Of a stretch of 64,000 nt of DNA, positions 42,644 to 53,118 are shown one piece after another. Numbering within the stretch: the stretch's first letter is position 1; every line of letters begins with the position of its first letter. The notes beneath the pieces were generated by a model. The model saw nothing but the letters and a program-made list of their open reading frames with translations, had not been told where the DNA came from and ran no database searches. The stretch covers positions 640,001-704,000 of the forward strand of contig CAXXFL010000007.1 of assembly GCA_963674965.2 (NCBI GenBank), in the 5' to 3' direction. A program made the translations under genes and the position numbers. Origin of the DNA: a bacterium (GTDB taxonomy: Bacteria > RBG-13-61-14 > DATKZS01).

Positions 42644-44530
42644 ATGAAAAGGATTGGATTCGTATTAGCTTTAATCGCGGTCGCGGCCGTGTCGGTACCG
42701 GTCCTGGCCCAGACTACTCCCGAGATAGTCAATTACCAGGGCAGGGTCATGGACAACGGTTCGCCTTACAACGGACAGGGCTTTTTCAAGTTCGCCATAT
42801 GCGACGGGGCGGCCTCGAACACCTACTGGTCGAACGACTCGACCAGCGCCGCCTGCGGCGAGCCCACCAACGCGGTCAGCCTGAGCGTCAGCGGCGGCCT
42901 GTACAGCGTGGGCCTGGGCGACGCCACCCTTCCCAACATGAACGTCCTGCCCGCCTCGGTTTTCAGCGGCAGTAACGACGTTTACCTTCAGGTCTGGTTC
43001 GGCGACACCACCGCCTCCCTCGAGGCCCTCGCGCCCATGCAGCGGATCACCAGCGTGGGCTACGCCATGCAGGCCGAGAACGCCCAGACCCTGCAAGGGC
43101 TTCAGCCCAACCAGATCGGCGGCGAGCCCGACGTGGTCATAGTCGACGCGGCCGGACGAGGCGACGCGGCCACCATTACGGCCGGCCTGGCCCTGGCCGG
43201 GGCCATGCCCCCTCCCGTGCTGGTCAAGGTCATCGAGGGGACATACGTCGAGACGGCCCTGGTTATACCCGACAACGTGGCCGTAAGGTGCATGCAGCCG
43301 CAAAGCTGCGTGGTCGACGCCGTCGGCGGTCCGGCCTTTATCGCCGGCAACAATACCCGCGTCGAGGGCTTCGTGATCAGGAACGCCTTGGAGGGCGTTG
43401 TCCTTCCCCCCGGCAACGGCGGGGTCTGGATACGGGACAACCTTTTCCAGGACGACGGGATCGGCGTTTCCCTTTTAGCCGGCGTGACGGCCTGCAGCGA
43501 CGTTATCATCGAGGACAACTATTTCGATACCTTCAGCGGCGACGTGTTCCCCTTCTCCGAGGGCGTCAGAATGACCGCCGTAAACAACCTTTCCATAATA
43601 GACAACGAGTTCTTCTTCATACAGGGGCCGGCCCCCTATGGAATAAATATTTCCAACGGCGTGGGCGCTTTCATCCTTAACAACGACTTTTCCGAGATAC
43701 TCAGTCCCTCGGGCTCCGCCGCCGCCATTAACGTGGACATGATCGAGAACGTCGTCATCGAGGACAACATAGTCGCCCAATGCTCCGCCATGGACTTGCA
43801 GGGCATAGACTTCATGGGAGTCAAGACCGCCGCGGTCCGGGACAACGTCTTCCTGAAGATAAGCGGCGACTCGGTCATGGCCATCCGGGCGGCGGACTCC
43901 GACTTCGTCTCGATCGAGAACAATCAGATCATTGAAGTCAACGCCATGTATGGGTTTGGCGTGTTATTGGAAGAGGTAAGGCGGGTCCGGGTCGTGGACA
44001 ATAATATCACTTACGTCGCGCTCGCCGGCGAGTATTCCTTCAACGACTGGGCCATCAGGTACGTGGCCATGAGCCCGATGCCCATCGAGTTCCTTATCAT
44101 CAAGGACAACGTCATCACCTTCTGCAACAACGGCATTCACCTGGATTACTCCATGCCCGGACAGGAAGGCGCGGGCATGACCGACGAGCAGCTTATCGAG
44201 AGCAACGTGGTAATCAAGGGACCGGGGGAATACGGCAGGGGCATTCTGGTCGATTTCGCCCATACCTCCCAGATTCTGAAGAACAAGGTCAGAAAGTTCG
44301 AGGTGGGGATCGAGGTAGTGGGCGGAAACCCGATGTATCCTCTTGACGTCAATATCATGAGAAACGAATCCACGGGCAACGGCATGGCCGACTTGCTCAT
44401 CTCCTCGACCAGCGGGACCTTCAGGTCTTACTGGAACTACCTCAACGTTTTCCCCAAGGGCGGGATCATTCTTCCCGCCGTCCTCATCCAGAGGCAGGAC
44501 TACGACAACGCGGGCAATCTCAATCCATAA
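42644..44530 (+). CDS. Exported protein with NYQGRV module plus right-handed beta-helix
   Basis: Signal peptide MKRIGF..VLA; repeated I.DN.F/I.I..N motifs. Confidence 0.82.
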   Translation: MKRIGFVLALIAVAAVSVPVLAQTTPEIVNYQGRVMDNGSPYNGQGFFKFAICDGAASNTYWSNDSTSAACGEPTNAVSLSVSGGLYSVGLGDATLPNMNVLPASVFSGSNDVYLQVWFGDTTASLEALAPMQRITSVGYAMQAENAQTLQGLQPNQIGGEPDVVIVDAAGRGDAATITAGLALAGAMPPPVLVKVIEGTYVETALVIPDNVAVRCMQPQSCVVDAVGGPAFIAGNNTRVEGFVIRNALEGVVLPPGNGGVWIRDNLFQDDGIGVSLLAGVTACSDVIIEDNYFDTFSGDVFPFSEGVRMTAVNNLSIIDNEFFFIQGPAPYGINISNGVGAFILNNDFSEILSPSGSAAAINVDMIENVVIEDNIVAQCSAMDLQGIDFMGVKTAAVRDNVFLKISGDSVMAIRAADSDFVSIENNQIIEVNAMYGFGVLLEEVRRVRVVDNNITYVALAGEYSFNDWAIRYVAMSPMPIEFLIIKDNVITFCNNGIHLDYSMPGQEGAGMTDEQLIESNVVIKGPGEYGRGILVDFAHTSQILKNKVRKFEVGIEVVGGNPMYPLDVNIMRNESTGNGMADLLISSTSGTFRSYWNYLNVFPKGGIILPAVLIQRQDYDNAGNLNP

Positions 44531-44548
44531 AGCAAGCTCCCAGCGGGC

Positions 44549-44586
44549 AAAGCGCGGGCCTTTGCGGGTCCGCGCTTTCGTTTTTA
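44549..44586 (+). terminator. Rho-independent terminator
   Basis: AAAGCGCGGGCC/GGTCCGCGCTTT stem plus T-run. Confidence 0.65.
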
Positions 44587-44840
44587 TGGACTCGATCGTA
44601 AAATGGACCGACATGAGAAAACCAAGAAAATCCCTCTCGGCCTCATGTCCTCGAGAGAAGACCGCGGATCGAGCGTTCCTCTCCTATATGGATAGCTCCT
44701 TGCCGGCTAAAGTGTTAACATATTTCGGGGGGAAACTGAATTTCCATATTGGGGATTGAACTCCCGTTCACGGCTTGATATATAATACTACTGGCCGGAT
44801 CGGCAAGGTTTGACCGGCCGGCGAGGAAGGAGGACATGTT

Positions 44841-45065
44841 ATGAAAAGTCAGTTCTGGTCCACCATCTTGAGCTTCATTCTGCCGGGAATCGGCCAGATA
44901 TATAACGGCGACTGGCTGAGAGGGATTTTCTGGCTTATCGTGACCCCCGGGTTCTGGATAGGAAGCGGGGGCACGCTCGGCTGGATATGCCACCTCATCG
45001 CGGCTTACACCGCCTACAAGAGGACCGAGGAGATCAACCTTTTTCGCTCATACGCCGGGTTCTGA
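44841..45065 (+). CDS. Small membrane protein (PG.GQ.Y.G family)
   Basis: AGGAGG RBS; LSFILPGIGQIYNG. Confidence 0.8.
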   Translation: MKSQFWSTILSFILPGIGQIYNGDWLRGIFWLIVTPGFWIGSGGTLGWICHLIAAYTAYKRTEEINLFRSYAGF

Positions 45066-45108
45066 GATTTCTTGCAATACGGCTGTTTTATTTAATGGGA
45101 GGTTTTGA

Positions 45109-47844
45109 ATGAAAAGGCTATTTTTCGGGGGCTTCATGGCGGCCGCTCTCATGCTCGTCGGGACGGCGGCCCTGGCGGCCGACCTGCTCGCCAGCCCCTA
45201 CCAGGCGACGATAGCGGTCAAGCAGTACGAGGCCAAGCTGAAGGAAGCCGGCGTTTCACCGGACGAGCTCGAGGTGTTCTCGATAGGCCAGTCCCATATC
45301 GACGCGGCCTGGAAATGGCGCCTGTCGCAGACCCATACCAAGGTATACAACACCTACGGCCAGGCGGCCGAGCACATGGACGAGTACCCCGACTTCCGTT
45401 TCTCGGGAAGCTCTCCGCAATATTACGAGTGGCTCCTGGACGAGCACCCCGAGGTCTTCCAGAAGATAGTCGAGAAGGAGGCAAAGGGACAGTGGGAGAT
45501 CGTGGGCGGCATGTGGGTCGAGCCCGACGGCAACATGCCCGACGGCGAGTCCTTTACTCGGCAGCGACTTTTGGGCCAGCTTTTTTACAAGGAGCACTTC
45601 GGACATATCTCCGAGGTGAGCTGGCTGCTGGACAGCTTCGGCTATAACCTCAACTATCCCCAGATCGTGTCCAAGTCCGGCGCCAAGTACATGTGGACCA
45701 ACAAGCTTACCTGGAACGACACCACCATCTTTCCCTTCCACCATTTCCGCTGGCGCTCTCCCGACGGCTCCGAGGTCTTGACCTACATCTGCCAGCATTC
45801 TCCCATGCCCATGTACTTCCCCTACTCCGAGTTGGGAAAGTACAGGGACACGAGAAGGATGCTTAAGCCCGGAGCCGAGCTGGTGGCCAACTACTCGACC
45901 CCGAAACATGTCATCGACGAGGCCATGAGCCAGGACCTGGTGAACGTGATCGGCGTGTTCTACGGCCTGGGCGACGGCGGTCTGGGTCCCCGCGAGATCG
46001 AGATACGCGTGCAAGAGGGTCTGGCCCGGGAGGGATACGTAAAACCCGGAAGCGGCCTCGAGCTTTTCCAGGCCATGGAGAAGTGCAAGGACCGGATGCC
46101 GGTGTGGAACGACGAGATGTACCTCGAGTTCCATCGCGGGGTCCTAACCACCCAGGCGTGGATTAAAAGGGCCAACCGGGAGGCCGAGCAGAAGGCCAGG
46201 TCCGCCGAGACCATAAGGAGCATGCTCCAGGTGATGGGGGTCAAGTATCCTTACGAGGGCCTGAAAAAAATCTGGAAGCTCATCCTCCTCAACCAGTTCC
46301 ACGACATCCTGCCCGGGTCGTCCATACCCGAGGTCTACCAGGACGCCAGGCCCCATTACAAGCTGATAAATGACACCCTGGACGACGTGACCTTCGGCGG
46401 ACTGCGCGAGCTGTCCGAGATGATCAAGACCAACCCGCCGTCCAAGGACATGGACTCGATCCTGGTTTTCAACTCCCTGGGATGGGATCGAGACGGCCTG
46501 GTCCGGCTCGAGGTCCCCTCCGGCAAGAGCTACAAGGTGGTGGATAAAAACGGCGGCGCGGTCAAGAGCCAGGAACTCGAGCGCGAGGGCGTGACTTACC
46601 TGGTGTTCCGGGCCAAGGACGTGCCCAGCGTGGGCTACAAGACCTACTACGCCAAGGAAGTGGAGGCGCCCGCCACCGGCGAAGGCCCGGCCATAAGCGA
46701 GGACGGCGAGGGCTTCACGATGGAGAACGAGTTCGTGAAGGTCTTCATCGACAAGAAGCAGGGCTGGATCAGGTCTCTTGTCAACAAGGAAACGGGCAAC
46801 GAGTACATCCGGGAGGGGGCCAACAAGATCGGGGCTTATTACGACAAGCCCGCCGCCTACTCCGCCTGGAATATCGACAAGGACTACTTAAAGCATCCCT
46901 TCGATATACCCGAGGCCTCGAGGGTCGAGGTCACCAGCCGGGGTCCCCTTTGGAGCGAGATACTGCTGGCCCGGGAAATCGTGACCGACGGCAGGAGGAC
47001 AACCTTCGAGCAGCGCGTGAGACTGGTGGAGGGCGACCCGGTGGTCTACCTCGACCTCGACTCCGACTTCCATATGTGGGACACCCTGGTAAAGGTCGAG
47101 TTCGACACCGTGCTCCACTCGAACACCGTGGCCGCGGACGGCCCTTACCTCGTGGTCGAGAGACCCACCCATCCCCAGACCGAGGCGGAAAAGGCCCGCT
47201 GGGAAATGCCCTGCCACAAGTGGATAGACCTCTCCACCGGCGAGGGCGGGCTGGCCCTTTTAAACAACGGCAAGTACGGCTTCTCCCTCAACGAGTGGGG
47301 CACCGGCTACCGCCTCTCCGTGATCAAGGGGGCGAGATACCCCCGGGCCAACCCCGAGGCCAGGGACGTCAAGCACCATTACTACTCGTGGCCCATTCCC
47401 ACCGGCTACACCGACCAGGGAGCGCAGCATGCCGAGATGGGACTTCTGGCCCACAAGGGCGGCTGGCGCGAGGCCAAGCTGTGGGAGGCGGGCTACAACT
47501 TCAACGCGCCCATGGAGGCCATCTGGACCACGGACGGCGGGACCAAGCTGGGCGAGCGGGGCTCGTTCCTGACGGTCAACTCGAAATCCGTCTATCTCGG
47601 GTCGGTTAAAAGAGCGGAGGAGGACGGCGACCTGGTCATCCGCCTGGTCGAGGCCGCGGGCAAGGGCGACACGGCCGTGCTTCACTTCGGCGAGGGCTTC
47701 CAGGCAACGGAGGCCTCGTCCACCGACCTGCTCGAGATGCACCCCGAGACCATTCCCATCGAGGACGGGGCCATGCTGAGAGTCGGGGTCAAACCCTACG
47801 AGATCAAGACGGTCAAACTCAAGATGAACATGATCGACATGTAA
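45109..47844 (+). CDS. GH38 alpha-mannosidase with signal peptide
   Basis: SHIDAAWKW, VGGMWVEPD.NMP.GES, DSFG, NQFHDILPGSSI. Confidence 0.92.
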   Translation: MKRLFFGGFMAAALMLVGTAALAADLLASPYQATIAVKQYEAKLKEAGVSPDELEVFSIGQSHIDAAWKWRLSQTHTKVYNTYGQAAEHMDEYPDFRFSGSSPQYYEWLLDEHPEVFQKIVEKEAKGQWEIVGGMWVEPDGNMPDGESFTRQRLLGQLFYKEHFGHISEVSWLLDSFGYNLNYPQIVSKSGAKYMWTNKLTWNDTTIFPFHHFRWRSPDGSEVLTYICQHSPMPMYFPYSELGKYRDTRRMLKPGAELVANYSTPKHVIDEAMSQDLVNVIGVFYGLGDGGLGPREIEIRVQEGLAREGYVKPGSGLELFQAMEKCKDRMPVWNDEMYLEFHRGVLTTQAWIKRANREAEQKARSAETIRSMLQVMGVKYPYEGLKKIWKLILLNQFHDILPGSSIPEVYQDARPHYKLINDTLDDVTFGGLRELSEMIKTNPPSKDMDSILVFNSLGWDRDGLVRLEVPSGKSYKVVDKNGGAVKSQELEREGVTYLVFRAKDVPSVGYKTYYAKEVEAPATGEGPAISEDGEGFTMENEFVKVFIDKKQGWIRSLVNKETGNEYIREGANKIGAYYDKPAAYSAWNIDKDYLKHPFDIPEASRVEVTSRGPLWSEILLAREIVTDGRRTTFEQRVRLVEGDPVVYLDLDSDFHMWDTLVKVEFDTVLHSNTVAADGPYLVVERPTHPQTEAEKARWEMPCHKWIDLSTGEGGLALLNNGKYGFSLNEWGTGYRLSVIKGARYPRANPEARDVKHHYYSWPIPTGYTDQGAQHAEMGLLAHKGGWREAKLWEAGYNFNAPMEAIWTTDGGTKLGERGSFLTVNSKSVYLGSVKRAEEDGDLVIRLVEAAGKGDTAVLHFGEGFQATEASSTDLLEMHPETIPIEDGAMLRVGVKPYEIKTVKLKMNMIDM

Positions 47845-47863
47845 CGATCGGACCATGAACGAC

Positions 47864-47895
47864 AAGGGGCGGTCCGGGTGGCCGCCCTTTTTCTT
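47864..47895 (+). terminator. Rho-independent terminator
   Basis: AAGGGGCGGTC/GGCCGCCCTTT plus T-run. Confidence 0.7.
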
Positions 47896-48016
47896 GACGC
47901 CCCGCTCGGGAGTCTCCCGGCGCCGGACGGCCAAACTTATACCAATTTTAATTTTTTCTCGCCTTGGCCGTTTTAAATCTTTTTTATTGTGATATAATAC
48001 TACGCTCGGGAGCAGT

Positions 48017-49243
48017 ATGCAGGAAGTCAAAATTATCGGGGTGGGGTTGACCCCGTTCGGGAAATTTCTCGATCGTTCTCTCAAGGACCTGGCCAGGGAA
48101 GCGGTTGAAAACGCCCTGGACGACGCGGGAGTTTCCTCGATGGACGTGCAGGCCGCCTTCGTGGCCAACAGCATGGCCGGCCTTATCACGGGACAGGAGT
48201 GCATAAGGGGCCAGGTCATGCTCCGGCCCATGGGCATGGGCGACATACCGGTCATCAACGTCGAGAACGCCTGCGCCTCCTCCACCACCGCCCTTTACCT
48301 GGCCTGGATGGCCGTGGGCTCGGGACAGTTCGACGCCGTGCTGGTCCTGGGGGTGGAGAAGCTCTACCACGCCGACCGCTCGCGAAGCTACCAGGCCATC
48401 GCCTCCAGCATGGACCTCGAGCAAATCCAGGACTGGCTCGTCATCAAGGAACAGGAACAGCAGATGAACGGCATCCGGCCCGGCCAGAAAAGGACCCGGG
48501 ACAGGAGCGTGTTCATGGACTTTTACGCCATGGGGGCCCGCGTTCACATGGCCAAGTACGGGACCACGGTCGAGCAGCTCGCGGCCCTTTCGGCCAAGAA
48601 CCATTACCACGGCTCGCTTAACCCCTACGCCCGGTATCACAAGGTCTACACGATGGACGAGATATTGAACGCGCCCCTCGTGGCGTATCCTCTCACCAGG
48701 CTCATGTGCTCCCCCATTGGCGACGGGGCCGGCGCGGCCATAGTCTGCTCGGCCGATTACGCCAGGGCCCGCGGCAAGACCGACGCCGTGAGCGTCCGCT
48801 CGATCTGCCTGGCCTCCGGCGTGGACCGCCAGGTGGAGGAACCCGACATAACCAGCCGCGTGGGCGGAAGGGCCTTCGAGCTGTCGGGCGTCGGCCCGGA
48901 GGACGTGGACGTGGCCGAGCTTCACGACGCCACCGCCTTTGGCGAGCTTTCCGCCGCCGAGGAGCTGGGGTTTTGCCCCCGGGGCGAGGGCGGCCGCTTC
49001 GCTGAGGAGGGCCACTCGAGGCTGGGCGGCAAGCTGCCCATCAACACCTCGGGCGGGCTCGAGTCGAGAGGACATCCCCTGGCCGCCACGGGCGTGGCCC
49101 AGGTGGCCGAACTGGTCAGGCAGCTACAGGGCAAAGCCGGGCTGCGCCAGGTCGAGAACGCCAAGGTGGGACTGGCCCAGAACGGCGGCGGCGCCATCGG
49201 CCTCGAGGCCGCGGTTATGGCCGTAACTATCCTTACTTGTTGA
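48017..49243 (+). CDS. Thiolase family protein (SCP-x type)
   Basis: ENACAS, ELHDA, NTSGGL..GHPLAATG, QNGGG. Confidence 0.92.
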   Translation: MQEVKIIGVGLTPFGKFLDRSLKDLAREAVENALDDAGVSSMDVQAAFVANSMAGLITGQECIRGQVMLRPMGMGDIPVINVENACASSTTALYLAWMAVGSGQFDAVLVLGVEKLYHADRSRSYQAIASSMDLEQIQDWLVIKEQEQQMNGIRPGQKRTRDRSVFMDFYAMGARVHMAKYGTTVEQLAALSAKNHYHGSLNPYARYHKVYTMDEILNAPLVAYPLTRLMCSPIGDGAGAAIVCSADYARARGKTDAVSVRSICLASGVDRQVEEPDITSRVGGRAFELSGVGPEDVDVAELHDATAFGELSAAEELGFCPRGEGGRFAEEGHSRLGGKLPINTSGGLESRGHPLAATGVAQVAELVRQLQGKAGLRQVENAKVGLAQNGGGAIGLEAAVMAVTILTC

Positions 49244-49344
49244 TCTTTTAACTTCTTCAACGCGCGCGTCCGTTTCATTTTCCACTTGAAGTTCCCATAC
49301 CGGCCTTTGACTGCCGGGGAAGGCCGAGCTAAAATATTGTCAAG

Positions 49345-49502
49345 CGTCAAGGTTAGCCCCTCGGGGCTGGAAAGGGAATCCGGTGAAAATCCGGAGCTGT
49401 CCCGCAACTGTAATGGAGGAGCCCGGCCCGAAACGCCACTGGGATTATCCTGGGAAGGCGTGGCCGTAAGCGAAGATACCTGAGCCAGGAAACCTGCCTT
49501 GC
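49345..49502 (+). promoter_or_regulatory. Cobalamin riboswitch
   Basis: AGGTT..AAAGGGAATCCGGTGAAAATCCGGAGCTGTCCCGCAACTGTAA..GCCACTG..GGGAAGGC..GAGCCAGGAAACCTGCC. Confidence 0.95.
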
Positions 49503-49539
49503 CGCCAATGTCCTGAACCTCGCGTGAAAGGAGAAGGCA

Positions 49540-51678
49540 TTGCCCAGCGAGATTATACCTGTTGTCGAACGTATCGGGAAGTTAATCTTCATCATCCAGC
49601 CGACCGCGAAAAAGGCCCCCCTCGCGGTGGCCGCGGCCCTGGTCCTTTTATTCCTCTCGATGGCCGCCCCGGTCCGCGCCCAAGACGAGGCCTCCGGCGA
49701 GGGGGAGGAATACCTCGAGGACGAGCTCGAGATCGATCTCGACCCCATCGTGGTGGAGGGAGACGCGGTCATCAGCGAGCGGGAGGTCGAGAACCCCACC
49801 AAGTTCATGACCGTAATCGACACGTCCGACTCGAGCGGAAGGGTGGACACGGTGTCCGACGTTTTAAGCGACTCGGTGGGGGTACAGGTCAACCAATGGG
49901 GAGGCCTGGGCAGTTTCGCCACCGTCAGCATCAGGGGCTCGTCCCCCAGCCAGGTCCAGGTTTACGTGGACGGAATTCCCCTCAACCGGGCCCGGACGGG
50001 AATCGCCAACATAGGCGACCTGCCCCTCGAGGACGTCGAGTATATCGAGGTCTTCAGGGGCTTCACGCCCGCCGACTTCGGTTCCTCCGGGATCGGAGGC
50101 GTGGTCAACCTCGTCACCAAAAGCGGCAAGGAAAAATCCGCCGTCACCAGCGCGTCCTATGGAAGCTACGACACCTACAAGGCCCTGGCCTCGGCCTCGG
50201 GACCGGTCGGACCCGTCAGCGTCATGGTCTTCGGCGAGTACATGCAAAGTCAGGGGGACTACGATTACGTCAACGACAACGGCACGCCCCTCAACGCGTC
50301 CGACGACTTCGAGGAAACGAGAAGGAACAACGACTTCGCCTCCGCCGACCTGACCCTTCGCGTCTCGGGAGACGCGGGGAACTGGAAGCTGGACGCCGTG
50401 GCCATGGCCCACGACAAGGACCAGGGACTGCCGGGTCTCCAAAGCATGCAGGCCGAGCATACCCGGCTGGAGACGGACCGGCTTTCCTCCACCCTTTCCG
50501 CCCGGAACCGGGGCCTTTTGGGGGGCCGTTTCGACCTGACCCTGGCGGCCGACGGCTTCATGGAGGACCAGCTTTACGACGATCCCTACGGCGAGGTCGG
50601 GCTGGGCGGTCCTCGCAGGACCGAGAACCAGATGAGGACTTACGGCGCCCGGGCCAAGTCAACCATCCGCCTGCTGGAGGACGACCTCATCCTGACCGGC
50701 TTCACCGAGTATCGGGAGGAAACCTACCAGGCCCTGGACAAGCTGAACGGACTGGACGGCCGGCTGCAGAAAAGGGACCTTTGGACCAACGTCTTCCAGG
50801 TCGAGGCGACCGAGCCCACCGGCTTCATCACCGTGCAGGCCGCGGTTAGAAACGAGCAGTACTGGAACGACCTGGAGGGCGATCCCTTCTTCGTCTGGTC
50901 CAGCCAGGCGGGCGAGAACAAGGACTACCTGAACCTGACCAACCCGTCGGTGGGACTATTGGCCCGGCTGACCGACGACCTTCGCTTCAAGGCCAACGCG
51001 GGGCAGTACCACCGGGTCCCGACCTTTTACGAGCTGTTCGGGGACAGGGGCGTGGCCGTGGGCAACACGGACCTCAAGCCGGAAAAGGGGGTCAACTGGG
51101 ACGTGGGACTTTCCTACCGGGGCGAGGGAAACGAGGCGGTAAGCGACCCCTTCGTCGAGTACGCCTTTTTCCAGAGCCGCGTCGAGGACCTGATCCTGTT
51201 CTTCCAGAACAGCCAGCGCACGGTTAGGGCCATGAACATAGGCGAGGCCCTGATCGGAGGCCACGAGATAGCATTCGGCCTGCGGCTTTACCGTAACGTC
51301 AAGATCACCGGCAACTACACGCTGCAGAGCGCGGTGGACCTGGGCGAGGTGGACTACTACTACTACAACGCCCTTCCCCACCGGCCCATGCACGAGGCGT
51401 ACGGCAAAGTCGAGGTCCTGGCGCCCAACGACCCATTGAAAATCTGGGTGGACGGGAGCTATATAAGCGGCAACTACTGGGACCGGGCCAACCTCTACGA
51501 GGTGGAGGACAGGCGGATCGTGAACCTGGGGATAACCTGCGAGATATTCCGCCGGGACAAGCGCTTTATCGAGGTCACCCTCGAGGCCAAGAACATGACC
51601 GACGACCGCGTCTCCGACGTGGCCGGATACCCCCTCCCCGGCCGGAGCGCCTTTATCACGCTTCAGGCCGGCTTATAA
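49540..51678 (+). CDS. TonB-dependent receptor, BtuB-like
   Basis: Plug SIRGS..QV.VYVDGIP..IEV.RG; LKPE; GYPLPGR; directly behind a B12 riboswitch. Confidence 0.9.
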   Translation: MPSEIIPVVERIGKLIFIIQPTAKKAPLAVAAALVLLFLSMAAPVRAQDEASGEGEEYLEDELEIDLDPIVVEGDAVISEREVENPTKFMTVIDTSDSSGRVDTVSDVLSDSVGVQVNQWGGLGSFATVSIRGSSPSQVQVYVDGIPLNRARTGIANIGDLPLEDVEYIEVFRGFTPADFGSSGIGGVVNLVTKSGKEKSAVTSASYGSYDTYKALASASGPVGPVSVMVFGEYMQSQGDYDYVNDNGTPLNASDDFEETRRNNDFASADLTLRVSGDAGNWKLDAVAMAHDKDQGLPGLQSMQAEHTRLETDRLSSTLSARNRGLLGGRFDLTLAADGFMEDQLYDDPYGEVGLGGPRRTENQMRTYGARAKSTIRLLEDDLILTGFTEYREETYQALDKLNGLDGRLQKRDLWTNVFQVEATEPTGFITVQAAVRNEQYWNDLEGDPFFVWSSQAGENKDYLNLTNPSVGLLARLTDDLRFKANAGQYHRVPTFYELFGDRGVAVGNTDLKPEKGVNWDVGLSYRGEGNEAVSDPFVEYAFFQSRVEDLILFFQNSQRTVRAMNIGEALIGGHEIAFGLRLYRNVKITGNYTLQSAVDLGEVDYYYYNALPHRPMHEAYGKVEVLAPNDPLKIWVDGSYISGNYWDRANLYEVEDRRIVNLGITCEIFRRDKRFIEVTLEAKNMTDDRVSDVAGYPLPGRSAFITLQAGL

Positions 51679-51689
51679 GGAACCCGAAC

Positions 51690-52898
51690 ATGGCCAATAA
51701 AATAAAACTTAGCGCGGCGATCATGGCGTCGTTGTCCCTATCCATGCTCCTTTGCTCGAGTTGCCTTATTTTCCCCGACCCTCGCGGCAACCTCCCCGAG
51801 GAGGGGGGCGACAAGCCCGCGTCCGGCTTCGCCTTCGTGGCCACGACCGACTACAGCCTTTCCGGCGGATTCGGCGTGGTGGACCTTGACTCTCTCTCGA
51901 CCTACATCCCGGACGCGGTGGAGGCCTCGAGGATAGTAAGCCCGGACCCGGTGGTCAGGGTCCATGGAGACTATATCTTCGTCATCAACCGGTTCGGCAA
52001 CGACAATATTACCGTGCTCGACCGGGAGTACGGGGTGGTCAACCAGTACGCGATACCGGGGTGCGAGTTTTACGGGATCGAGTATCCGGCCAACCCTCAC
52101 GACCTGGCCTTTGTAAGCGACGACAAGGCCTACCTCACCCGCTACGGGTGCAAGGACCTGTGGATACTCAACCCGGTGACGGGAGAGCGCCTCGACTCGA
52201 TCGACCTGTACGACGAGGGATACCAGGACGCCGACGAAAGACCCGAGATGAGCGGCATGCTCCTCCACGGCGAGAGCCTCTACGTGGCCGTGCAGCTTCT
52301 CGACCGGTTCGCGCCCGGAGAAAAGTGGCCGCCCGCGGGGGAGAGCTTCCTCGTCGTCATCGATACCGCCACCGACCGGGTCGTGGCCGACGTGCTTCTG
52401 ACCGGGACCAACCCGGTCACCGACGTCGAGTACAGCGCCGAACTGGACCGCATACTGGTGGGATGCGCGGGCAAGTACTACGAGTCCGAAGACGGAGGAG
52501 GCGGCATCGAGTCAATCGACCCGGCTACGGCCATGTCCGAGGGATTTGTCATCGACGAGGAAACCATGGGAGGCGATATAGGAGATTTCGCGGTCGCCTC
52601 CGCCGAGAGGGCCTACGCCACCATTGGCGACCTGGACTTCCGATCCACCTTGATCGCCTTCAACCCCTCGACGGGGACCGTGCTTAACGACAACGTGTAC
52701 ACCTCCGCGGCCGGGTTCGTGTTGTGGGACATAGCCCTCGCCTCGAACGGCCGCCTCCTCGTGTGCGACAGGAACGCCACCGACCCGGGGCTGGTCGTGA
52801 TCGACATCAACGACTCGGACGCCCTCTTGACGCCCGGCGGTCCCATTTACCTTGGACTTCCGCCCTTTTCCATCGCCCTCGTCGAGGAGGCGCCCTAG
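51690..52898 (+). CDS. Beta-propeller lipoprotein (YncE/BtuG-like)
   Basis: Lipobox-like CSSC; repeats VINR, NPHDLAF, VIDTATD, GTNP. Confidence 0.7.
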   Translation: MANKIKLSAAIMASLSLSMLLCSSCLIFPDPRGNLPEEGGDKPASGFAFVATTDYSLSGGFGVVDLDSLSTYIPDAVEASRIVSPDPVVRVHGDYIFVINRFGNDNITVLDREYGVVNQYAIPGCEFYGIEYPANPHDLAFVSDDKAYLTRYGCKDLWILNPVTGERLDSIDLYDEGYQDADERPEMSGMLLHGESLYVAVQLLDRFAPGEKWPPAGESFLVVIDTATDRVVADVLLTGTNPVTDVEYSAELDRILVGCAGKYYESEDGGGGIESIDPATAMSEGFVIDEETMGGDIGDFAVASAERAYATIGDLDFRSTLIAFNPSTGTVLNDNVYTSAAGFVLWDIALASNGRLLVCDRNATDPGLVVIDINDSDALLTPGGPIYLGLPPFSIALVEEAP

Positions 52899-52962
52899 CC
52901 CCTAAAGCTTGACGGCCTGACCCAAGCGCGACGATTTATAGGCGGCCTCCACTATGCGCATG
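52891..52962. repeat. Direct repeat copy 1 of the convergent gene junction
   Basis: 72 bp matching 54386-54457 with 8 substitutions. Confidence 0.92.
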
Positions 52963-53118
52963 GCCCGGCCGGGTAACACTGGGTGACCCGTCCGGTTTCG
53001 CGGAAACCGCGCGGGTCTCGCGTAGCGGGATGGGCAGCCCGAGCCCCTGGGTGGCACATGGTCCCGAACAACAGGTAACCGTTGCCCTCAGGCGTGTGAC
53101 CTCCGGCGTAACCCATAG

